Under the pieces are notes generated by a model that made no database searches, was not told the origin of the DNA, and worked only from the letters and a program-made list of their open reading frames with translations. The position numbers and the translations under genes are program-made. From positions 71,287 to 135,286 of the forward strand of contig JAXLRI010000014.1 of assembly GCA_046331175.1 (NCBI GenBank): a stretch of DNA of 64,000 nt, read 5' to 3'. Positions 53,961-61,722 of the stretch are shown here, piece after piece. The DNA is from Acidimicrobiales bacterium. GTDB lineage: Bacteria; Actinomycetota; Acidimicrobiia; Acidimicrobiales; Acidimicrobilacustridaceae. Within the stretch, counting starts at the first letter, position 1; each line of letters starts with the position of its first letter.

Positions 53961-54370
53961 CGCAAGACCTTCCCCACCGACCTCGTCCGACCTGCTCGCC
54001 GTCGCCGGACGGCAGCGGATGCCGAACGCTACCCCAGCGGGTCGTCCGTCCGGCCTCGGACACCGCCGTCGCCGGTGGCCTCGGCTCAGCTCCCACCGGT
54101 GACGTCCGGAGGGACCATGGCTTCGGAGTCTCGCAGACGGACCTCTTCGAACCACTCGCGATCGCCTTCGCGACAGCCATTGCCACTGCACCGGGAACGA
54201 GCGGAGACGATCTCAGCGGACGGACCCAAGGCAGTGCATCGTCAGTGCGCTCAGCGTGGCGATCGACCGGCGGCGAACGCGTCCCGAGGTGGGCCCGTAC
54301 TGGGAACAGCGCGGCTGGGTAGATCCTCATGTTCCGGCTCGATCCTGACGGGCTCTGAGGAGGATCAACC

Positions 54371-54910
54371 ATGAACGCAGCAGGATGGACCATCTCGATC
54401 ATCGCCATCGCCACCGCACTGGTGGTGGCGCTGCGGTGGGAACTCTCCAGCCGAACGTCGGAACGGCCCGCCCTCGACCGCTACGACGGTTCGCGCCCCC
54501 ACCTCGAGTTCATGAGCGCCCCGTGGATCGCCATGGCCAGACATGAGATCACCACCGCTCTGTCACGAAGCGATCTCGACATCGAGCCATACACCCTGTC
54601 CGAGGAGTTCACCGACCCCCCGCCCCATCTCGGCCACGGCTCGGATCGGATCGGCTTCTCGATTCGCGTCGGGCGCGGCCGCGTCGAAGTCGACAGCTCC
54701 CCCACCCCGGACGCCGACTGCCGGGTCATCAGCGACTACGCCGACGCTCTCGTGATCGCTCGCGATCCCGACACGGCGTCCGCCGACCCCGCCGAAGCCG
54801 AGCGTCGTATCGCCAACGTCCGGCTCAGGATCGAAGGCGACCCTGCCGGGATGCCGCCCCAACTGCAACAGCTGGACATCCACCGGTTGTTGGCGTCGCG
54901 CACCGCTTGA
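54371..54910 (+). CDS. SCP2-like (sterol-carrier fold) domain protein with N-terminal TM helix
   Basis: ORF 54371..54910 has GAGGAGG upstream of the ATG. The family call is from memory of actinobacterial SCP2-domain proteins and is moderately supported. Confidence 0.6.
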   Translation: MNAAGWTISIIAIATALVVALRWELSSRTSERPALDRYDGSRPHLEFMSAPWIAMARHEITTALSRSDLDIEPYTLSEEFTDPPPHLGHGSDRIGFSIRVGRGRVEVDSSPTPDADCRVISDYADALVIARDPDTASADPAEAERRIANVRLRIEGDPAGMPPQLQQLDIHRLLASRTA

Positions 54911-55070
54911 TCGGATCACCCGCCCGATATCGCGAACTCTCCACCCTCCACGCTCGACCGTGAAGAAGCCGAAGAGGGCCGCGAAAGCGGGTCTGCAAGG
55001 CGCCGGTGGAAACGTCGTGGAAACAGCCGGAGGAAGGCCGCCTGATCCGTAGGAACGTCCCATGGAACTG

Positions 55071-55101
55071 CGAAAGCCCAGGCCTATGACCTGGGCTTTC
55101 G
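55071..55101. terminator. Perfect 12-bp stem / 7-nt loop hairpin
   Basis: CGAAAGCCCAGG (55071-55082) pairs with CCTGGGCTTTCG (55090-55101). There is no T-tract. It sits in a segment with no confident CDS. Confidence 0.4.
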
Positions 55102-56105
55102 TGCTTCAGATGGTGGCGGGGGGAATCGCCACAGGCCAGGCCGTCCGATTCGTCGACCGCGAAACCGCAGGTCACCGTGGTCGCGCCGAGGTCCCGGCGA
55201 GGTGCACCGACCGGCGCCCACCGAGGTCGACGTCCACCGAGCTCCGAGAATCGGCTCACGCCTCAAAGCATGCCAGGAGCGACTGACACCCCTGCCGGCA
55301 CTCACCGTCAGCGCCACCACCCCCCATCTGGCCCGAGCGAACGCCGACTACCCGTCGGTGGCGGCGAAGGCGATGGCCGACGACGGCCACCATGAGGGAG
55401 GACGTCCGTGCCCGCGGCCCGGGACGGCGTAGCGCATGCCGGTGACCGTCCTCGCCTCGTCAGGGCACTCAACCAGAGGTGGCGCACCCGGGAGCAACGC
55501 CGCCGGCAGCGACCAGCCTGACCGGACGCAGGCAACCCGACCAAACCACGCCGCGCCAATCGCCGCGTGCTCCCGCGATCAGGGAGATGACCATCGGACG
55601 GCTGACGAGTTCGAGGTCGTCGAGATCGCCATGGACGGCGACGTCGCCCGCGGAGCGCAGCACGTCGCCACGGCCGGTCCTCTATGAGCGCTGAGGAGCC
55701 GGCGGCAGGAATCGGCGGGTCCCCTGAGGCGCGCGTGGTCGATGACTCGCCCGGTGCCTTCGTGTCGCGACGGCTTCTGCCTGACCCATTCGCCGGCGAC
55801 CCGCTGAACCTCGAGCCTCGCTTGCAGCGGCAGGTCAACACCAGCGCCGCTCCATGCGGCCGACGTAAGTGTCGCTGTGCCGGCTTCGTGGCAGAGGCAC
55901 CTCATCGGGGTGCTCTGCGGGCCCGCCTGCTCGCTAGGCTCTCCGATGTGAGCGATCAGTGAGATCCGCGTTCTGCGATCACTGAATTTCGCGGTTGTGG
56001 TGGGGGGCCTCCTGGCCTGATCACGACCATCCACCGGGTCCTGTGGTGGGCCCTCCAGCGTGTCGAGCGACCAAGCCACGACACGACCGGAGGGACCCGG
56101 GGCCC

Positions 56106-57428
56106 ATGTTGAACCAGGAGGACTACGTGCGTCTGCACGAGCTGAAGAACGAGGGTTGGACCAACCGCGAGATCGCTGACGAGCTCGGCTATCACCCGGC
56201 AACGATCGCGAAGTGGTTGAAGGAGGGTGGCCCGCCCGGCCCGCGGGTGGTGCCTGACGAGGCGAAGGTGATGGACGCCCACTGGAAGGAGCGGGTGGCG
56301 TTGTTGTTGCGAGCCCACCCGCGGTTGTTGGCGGTGTCGGTGCACAACAGGGTGCGCGCTGAGGGGTTCACGGGGTCGTATCCGACGGTGGTCCGTGAGG
56401 TTCGAGCGTTCCGGGGTCCCCGGTTCCGGGCGGCGTCGGCGGCGTCGGTGCCGATCCACACCGACCCGGGCGAGGAAGCCCAGTTCGACTTCGCGAACCT
56501 CGATGAGTGGGCGCAGCGGTGGGGGTGGGATCACCCGCTGCGGTGCTTCGGGGCGATCCTGTGCTGGGCGAGGGTGCGGCTGTGGTGGTTCACCACCAGC
56601 GAGGACCGCCACCACACCTTCGAGGGACTGGTCCGGTTCTTCGAAGCGATCGGTGGGGTGCCGGCGGTGGGTCGCACCGACCGGATGGGGGCTCTCGGGT
56701 CGTCCCAGGGGGCACGGTTCGTGTTGCACCCCCCGACGGTCGGGTTCGCCGCGCACCATGCCATGGCGATCACGTCGTGTCGGGCCCGTGACGCCAAGCG
56801 CAAGGGCAAGGTGGAGCGCCCGTTCCGTCAGCTGCGCGAGACGTTCATGCCCGAAGTCGAAGCCGACGGTGTGCCCGCCGACCTCGACGAGCTCAACGCC
56901 CGGGCCGCGGCGTGGATCGACTCCCGGGTGCATGCCGTGGCGTCACGAACAACGGGTGTGGAACCGGCTCGGCGCCTCGAGGTCGAGCGGGACTTCTTGA
57001 CCCCGCTGCCGAAGGTGCGCTTTGACACCGACTACGTCGAGACCCGCCGGGTCCACAACGTCTTCCCGTTCATCGCCGTCGACGGGATCCGCTACTCGGT
57101 GCCGACCACGACGCTGGGTCAGCTCGTCGAGATCCGCCGACCCGTCGACGCCAAGGTGTTCACGGTCCGCTGGGCCGGCACACAGGTCGCGACCCACACG
57201 CTGGCCGCGGCCGGGACTCGGGAGGTGTGGGACCCCGACCACCTGAAGGTGGCGTCGGCCGAAGCGATGGACACGACCCGCCCACGGCTCACCGTCATCG
57301 TCGACCACGACGCGCCCGAACCCGACCCTGGCCCGGTCGGGCGGCTCGACCTCGGCGACGGCGACTACGACGTCGAGGCCCCCGACCTGGCCGACCGCTA
57401 CCGCCTCGACGAGGAGACGGGCCGATGA
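56106..57428 (+). CDS. istA: IS21-family transposase IstA
   Basis: This is ORF 55995..57428 from MLNQEDYVRLHELKNEGWTNREIADELGYHPATIAKWLK. It has an rve-type core with DAKRKGKVERPF. Confidence 0.92.
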   Translation: MLNQEDYVRLHELKNEGWTNREIADELGYHPATIAKWLKEGGPPGPRVVPDEAKVMDAHWKERVALLLRAHPRLLAVSVHNRVRAEGFTGSYPTVVREVRAFRGPRFRAASAASVPIHTDPGEEAQFDFANLDEWAQRWGWDHPLRCFGAILCWARVRLWWFTTSEDRHHTFEGLVRFFEAIGGVPAVGRTDRMGALGSSQGARFVLHPPTVGFAAHHAMAITSCRARDAKRKGKVERPFRQLRETFMPEVEADGVPADLDELNARAAAWIDSRVHAVASRTTGVEPARRLEVERDFLTPLPKVRFDTDYVETRRVHNVFPFIAVDGIRYSVPTTTLGQLVEIRRPVDAKVFTVRWAGTQVATHTLAAAGTREVWDPDHLKVASAEAMDTTRPRLTVIVDHDAPEPDPGPVGRLDLGDGDYDVEAPDLADRYRLDEETGR

Positions 57429-58228
57429 GCCGCCGCACCAAAGCCGGGCTCTACGAACAGATCAAAGACGACCTCGGCTACCTGCAGCTCACCCGGGCAG
57501 CCGAGTGCTTCGCCACCCTCGCCGACGACGCCCGCACCCACGACTGGACCCACATCGAGTTCCTCGCCCGCCTCGTCGCCGAAGAGACCACCGCCACCCG
57601 CGACCGGCGCCTCGCCGCCCGGCTGCGCTACGCACGGTTCCCGTTCCACAAGACCATCGACGACTTCGACTTCGACTTCCAGCCCACCATCGACCGCAAG
57701 CTCGTCGCCGACCTCGCCACCTTGCGGTTCGTCGACGAGAACCGCCCCATCTTGTTCCTCGGCCAACCCGGCTGCGGCAAGACCCACCTCGCCGTCGCCC
57801 TGGCCATCCGCGCTGTCGAGGCCGGCTGGCGGGGCTACTTCACCAGCGCCGACCACCTCTGCACCAACCTCGTCGCCGCCACCATCGACGGCACCTTCCC
57901 ATCCAAGCTCAAGACCTACACCGCCCCCACCGTGTTGGTCATCGACGACGTCGGCCTGCTGCCCATCCCGGACCGGCGAGCCGCGTCGGTGTTCTTCCAC
58001 GTCGTCAACGAGCGCTACGAGAAACGCCACCCCACGATCGTCACCACCAACCGCGGGCTGCCCGACTGGGGCGACATCTTCGGTGACCCCGTCGTCGCGT
58101 CGGCCATCTTGGACCGGCTCATGCACGACGCCATCGTGTTCAACATCCGAGGACCGTCCTGGCGGCTACGCGAACACCACGGCCTCGAGATCGCCACCAC
58201 CGACCCCACCGAAAGGAACCGCCGCTAG
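57425..58228 (+). CDS. istB: IS21-family helper ATPase IstB
   Basis: This is ORF 57227..58228 from MSRRTKAGLY. It has Walker A (GQPGCGKTH) and Walker B (VLVIDDVG) motifs. The ATG overlaps the istA stop. Confidence 0.92.
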   Translation: MSRRTKAGLYEQIKDDLGYLQLTRAAECFATLADDARTHDWTHIEFLARLVAEETTATRDRRLAARLRYARFPFHKTIDDFDFDFQPTIDRKLVADLATLRFVDENRPILFLGQPGCGKTHLAVALAIRAVEAGWRGYFTSADHLCTNLVAATIDGTFPSKLKTYTAPTVLVIDDVGLLPIPDRRAASVFFHVVNERYEKRHPTIVTTNRGLPDWGDIFGDPVVASAILDRLMHDAIVFNIRGPSWRLREHHGLEIATTDPTERNRR

Positions 58229-58454
58229 CCTCACCCCACCACCAGCAGGCCACCCACCCCACCGCGACTTTCGCTGATCCCCAATCGCGAGATCCGGTGA
58301 TCGCTCACATCCGATCCCGGAATCGACTGGATCGGGCGGGACGGTGGGGTATGGACAGCGAAGGTCACTGCAGTGCTCTGGTCACAGGACTGCCACCGGG
58401 CGCGGTGGCGCCGGTGGTGACACGGCGTCATCGGCGATCAGCACGTTGACCGTG

Positions 58455-58991
58455 ATGGCCACGCACCGGGGCGCAGCGCTGATCCTCGCCGGGGCCGTCG
58501 GCGTCGCAGCAGCCGTCGGCTGCTCCCAGACGCCATCGAACGAAGACGCCTTGTCGCATCTGCCGTTCCAGTCCACCCGGCCCCTGGCCCCCGGACAGGC
58601 CGCCAGCCCGGGGACACCGGCCACACCGGTCGCGTCGAAGTGCTGGAAGCGCCAGTCGGCGGTGTCGGGCGGCACCTTGTACCCCGACGCCTGGATCGTG
58701 TGGTCCCACGACCCGCTGTGCCAACGCCTCCAGATCGACATCCCGGCCGGCGCCAAGCGGCTCCGCGTCGTCGTCGGCGTCGTCGACGGGACCGCACCCG
58801 CCGGATCGGCGGCAGCGACCTTCTCCGGGATCGCAAGCCACGGACGCGACGCCAGCATCGGCTGGCTGTTCCAAGACGTGGAGGCCACGACACCCGTCGA
58901 AGTCACCTTCACGACCCGTGGCTGGTCGTCGGTTCAGATCCAAGCCAAAGGCGAAGGCACGCTCATGGTCGGCGCCGCCGTCGCGCCCTGA
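58455..58991 (+). CDS. Hypothetical lipoprotein
   Basis: This is ORF 58344..58991 from MATHRGAALILAGAVGVAAAVGCSQ (lipobox). I recognise no family. Confidence 0.55.
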   Translation: MATHRGAALILAGAVGVAAAVGCSQTPSNEDALSHLPFQSTRPLAPGQAASPGTPATPVASKCWKRQSAVSGGTLYPDAWIVWSHDPLCQRLQIDIPAGAKRLRVVVGVVDGTAPAGSAAATFSGIASHGRDASIGWLFQDVEATTPVEVTFTTRGWSSVQIQAKGEGTLMVGAAVAP

Positions 58992-59095
58992 TCAACCCAG
59001 GCCGGGTCGCCGCGCTCGCGGGCCCGGCGGATGGTCTCGCTGGTGACTCCGCACAGGCGTCCCGCCTGGAGGTAGGTGAGCCACTGGTCAGACAT
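58934..59095 (-). CDS. Possible excisionase/AlpA-like HTH fragment
   Basis: The tail of ORF 58934..59329 reads MSDQWLTYLQAGRLCGVTSETIRRARERGDPAWV. It is short and overlaps the lipoprotein 3' end. Confidence 0.3.
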   Translation of the reverse strand: MSDQWLTYLQAGRLCGVTSETIRRARERGDPAWVDQGATAAPTMSVPSPLAWI

Positions 59096-59277
59096 CGGGA
59101 TCGTCCTCCTGCCGACGCCCCTATGGCCCCGGCGGGACGGTCCGTGTCGACCTCGTCCCGGCGTGCAACCGCGCCTCCCGCGTCCTGCGCCCCCGTGTTG
59201 CCCCCCGCCGAGGTCCGCGCCGGGGTCCGGCGGCCCCGACACGGTCCACCCCGGTCGGGACGCCCGAGAAACGCCCG

Positions 59278-60989
59278 TGTCAAGGTCCGGTACTCGTGCG
59301 ACCTTCGGGGTCCGGTAGATGTGCGACACCTGGTCGGGGGTTCATGAGGCGGCGTTGATCCGGTGGGGTCGGCCACCGGGGTTGGCGAGGGCACCGTGTT
59401 CGCGGGTGCGGTCGTGGCGGATCGGGTGGACGCGGATGAGCTCTTCGCCGATCGAGATCTCGACGGTGCCGGCGACGACGGCGACTTGGACTTGGCGGCG
59501 ACGGAACTTGTTGCCGACCCGGTAGGTCGTGGCGGCGAAGGACACGTTGCCTGAGCTGTCGACCTTGCGGGTCACCGACACGGCCGACGCCGACGGCCGT
59601 GGTGTCACTCGTCGGGGTGTCCGCTGCTTGCCACGAGCGATGGCAGCCGCTTGACGGCCAGGGTCGTGGCGGCGGGCGTGGGTCGCGACGAGCACCCCAC
59701 GGTGATGGATGTGCACAAGGCCGTCTTCGCAGATCAGCTCGACGGTCTCCCCGGCGAGCCAGCGGGCGACCATGTAGCGCGCTGCGGCGAACGAGATCTG
59801 CCCGTTCGCGCCCACCCGCCGCGTGGCCGTCGGAACCGGCTCGGTTGTGTCCGGCGCTGCACCGGCGAGCTCAAGCGTCGACGACATGGGCTTCGCGAGC
59901 GCGAACCGGCGCGCCGGCGGGACCATCCCGATGCCCTGGTGCGGCCGGTCGTAGTTGTAGTGCTGCACCCACGCGTCGATCCGGACCTGCGCGTCCTCGA
60001 TGCTGTCGAACACCACGCCACGAACCAGCTCGTCTTTCAACGTGCGGTGGAACCGCTCGATCTTGCCGGTCGTGGTCGGCGACCGAGGCGCCGTGAGCAG
60101 ATGCCGGATGCCGTTCTCCCGGCAGATCCGATCGAACAGCACCTCGCCCGTGCCGGGACCGAACCGGCCCGTGAACACCTTCCCATTGTCCGTCAGGATC
60201 GCTTCTGGGACACCGTGGCGGCGCATCGCCAACGCCAACGCGTCACACGTCGGCCGGGCCGTCGCCCGCGGCACAACCAACGCCGAGATACAGAACCGCG
60301 AGTGATCATCCACCCCCGTGACGACCTTGGCCTCAGAACCATCGACGAGACGGACGCCGCCGACGATGTCCATCTGCCACAGCTCCATCGAACGGGACCG
60401 CTCCCAACGCTTGTAGTCGGCCTTCTTGCGTTTCCGGGCCTCCGGGGTGATCAGCCCGTGACGGACCAGGCACCGATAGATCGAGGAGCGACCCGGCAGC
60501 GGGAACACGCCTTGGCGTTCGAGCCAATGACCGATCGTCACCGGCCCCCACCCCGGATGCTCGACCCGCATGGCCACGATCAGCGCCTCGGTCTCCGGAG
60601 CCATCTGATGAGGACACGAACCTGGCGCCTTCGACCCATCGACCAGGCCCGCCAACCCGCGGGCCGCATAGCGGGTCAACCACCGGTGCACCGTCTGGCG
60701 CGACACCCCCGCCCGGGCGGCGACCTCGGTCACCGGGACCCCGTCGAGGACCTCCAACACCGCCACATGCCGCTGTTCCACGAGCCCGAGCTCCACCAAC
60801 ACGACGACACCCCTTGATCGACTCCGTCGACCAAGAAGCACAGCCCGTCAGCCAGCCGCGCGTCGCAGATCACCCGGACCCGATGTCACACATGTACCGG
60901 AACCCCTGTCGCACATGAACCGGACCCGCGCCGAAACCTGTCACACGACTACCGGAGCCGCGATGTCAACCATGAACCGGGACAGCACA
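59278..60989 (-). mobile_element. rve-type (IS481-like / IS3-superfamily) insertion sequence flanked by a 14-bp direct repeat
   Basis: CCGAGAAACGCCCG occurs at 59264-59277 and at 60990-61003. The ends are TGTCAAGGTCCGGTA (left) and TGTGCTGTCCCGGTT (right, complemented). An 18-bp motif occurs 6 times, 2 at the left end and 4 at the right. Confidence 0.75.
59342..60802 (-). CDS. DDE (rve) transposase with N-terminal HTH and Mu-transposase-C-like C-terminal barrels
   Basis: ORF 59342..60841 has the DDE triad: WQMDIV, ILTDNGKVF and PRSPTTTGKIERFHRTLKDE. I place the start at GTG 60802, with AAGGGG upstream. Confidence 0.9.
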   Translation of the reverse strand: MLVELGLVEQRHVAVLEVLDGVPVTEVAARAGVSRQTVHRWLTRYAARGLAGLVDGSKAPGSCPHQMAPETEALIVAMRVEHPGWGPVTIGHWLERQGVFPLPGRSSIYRCLVRHGLITPEARKRKKADYKRWERSRSMELWQMDIVGGVRLVDGSEAKVVTGVDDHSRFCISALVVPRATARPTCDALALAMRRHGVPEAILTDNGKVFTGRFGPGTGEVLFDRICRENGIRHLLTAPRSPTTTGKIERFHRTLKDELVRGVVFDSIEDAQVRIDAWVQHYNYDRPHQGIGMVPPARRFALAKPMSSTLELAGAAPDTTEPVPTATRRVGANGQISFAAARYMVARWLAGETVELICEDGLVHIHHRGVLVATHARRHDPGRQAAAIARGKQRTPRRVTPRPSASAVSVTRKVDSSGNVSFAATTYRVGNKFRRRQVQVAVVAGTVEISIGEELIRVHPIRHDRTREHGALANPGGRPHRINAAS

Positions 60990-61023
60990 CCGAGAAACGC
61001 CCGATAGACGCCAGTGAGAAGGA

Positions 61024-61061
61024 CCGAAAACGACTGAAACCGCCCGAAGATGGGCGGTTTC
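61024..61061 (-). terminator. Intrinsic terminator downstream of the tRNA fragment
   Basis: On the minus strand, GAAACCGCCC-atcttc-GGGCGGTTTC is followed by AGTCGTTTT. Confidence 0.6.
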
Positions 61062-61082
61062 AGGACCGTTTCTCGGTTTGGA

Positions 61083-61127
61083 TGGTGGCGGGGGCAGGAT
61101 TTGAACCTGCGACCTTCGGGTTATGAG
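61083..61127 (-). pseudogene. tRNA-Met (CAU) 3' half only: anticodon loop to CCA
   Basis: The minus strand reads CTCATAA-CCCGA-AGGTC-GCAGG-TTCAAAT-CCTGC-CCCCGCC-A-CCA. The 5' anticodon-stem partner (TCGGG), the D-arm and the 5' acceptor strand (GGCGGGG) are absent upstream. Confidence 0.7.
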
Positions 61128-61722
61128 TTACATGATCGGCTGCCCAGCCCATCCCTTCCCGTACCATCCAGTGCCGCTGAGCTGGAGATTCGCGCCGTCC
61201 GTCTGACGTCCAGTACCTCGCCGTCACACGCCGTACCAGCCCTCCCGGTAGAAGTCCCGGTAGAACTGACAGCCCCACAGGATGAGGGGAGCAGGTCGGC
61301 GTACGACTCGACAACCCGCGACAGAGCAGCGCGTTCGATCATCCCCTCTGGGCCACCCGGCGCTGGGGCCAGCGACCTTCGGGTCAGCGTCGTCGCCACC
61401 GTGCTGCCAACCTGGTCGACGGGCCGACCCTCGCGGATCGGCAACGGTTGCAGGTGCCAACCCCCACCCAGCGCCCGGCGGTCCGCCAGGCCTGCTCTGC
61501 CCCGGTGGCGCCGTGAAACCCGGGCTTGGCCGGGGCAAACAAGGCCAGCTACCGGATCCGGGGTGCTTCATCCGACGGGATTCCCTCGACTGGTAGTGTC
61601 CTTCCAGGCGGTCGTGTGACGGGGTGATTGGTGCCCGACAGGTTGCGAATGGTGCTGGATGGGCCGCGAGGCCTTGCCCAAGCGCAGCGACTGATTAGGC
61701 GAAGCTGGATTCGAGGCGGGAC

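Larger units (their letters stand above)
55947..58309 (+). mobile_element. IS21-family insertion sequence, apparently intact, with 5-bp target duplication TCCGA
   Basis: The terminal inverted repeats are TGTGAGCGATCA... (55947-) and ...TGATCGCTCACA (-58309). TCCGA occurs at 55942-55946 and again at 58310-58314. The element carries an istA-istB pair. Confidence 0.85.

Noticed and set aside
54911-55946. A ~1-kb lower-GC stretch left of IS21. It contains several 60-200 aa ORFs, including an ATGA-coupled pair (55436..55687 and 55684..55962) that could suggest a toxin-antitoxin pair interrupted by the IS.
   Set aside because: None of the translations has a recognisable domain, RBS or convincing composition. 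Joining the flanks across the IS does not create a longer clean ORF.
61083-61190. A complete tRNA-Met gene, or a tRNA interrupted by an intron.
   Set aside because: Only positions ~32-76 are present. No 5' acceptor strand (GGCGGGG), no proper D-arm and no TCGGG anticodon-stem partner occurs immediately upstream or within ~600 nt. An AGCTCAGCGG-like string at ~61170-61180 is at the wrong distance and lacks flanking stems.
59298-61384. The 12-13-mer GCGACCTTCGGG(T) occurs three times on the plus strand: 59298-59309 inside the IS left end, 61109-61121 inside the tRNA half, and 61372-61384. I considered these as nested att-site remnants.
   Set aside because: The match is too short in GC-rich DNA, and one copy belongs to the subterminal motif of the IS. 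Without a longer flanking match I cannot distinguish it from chance.
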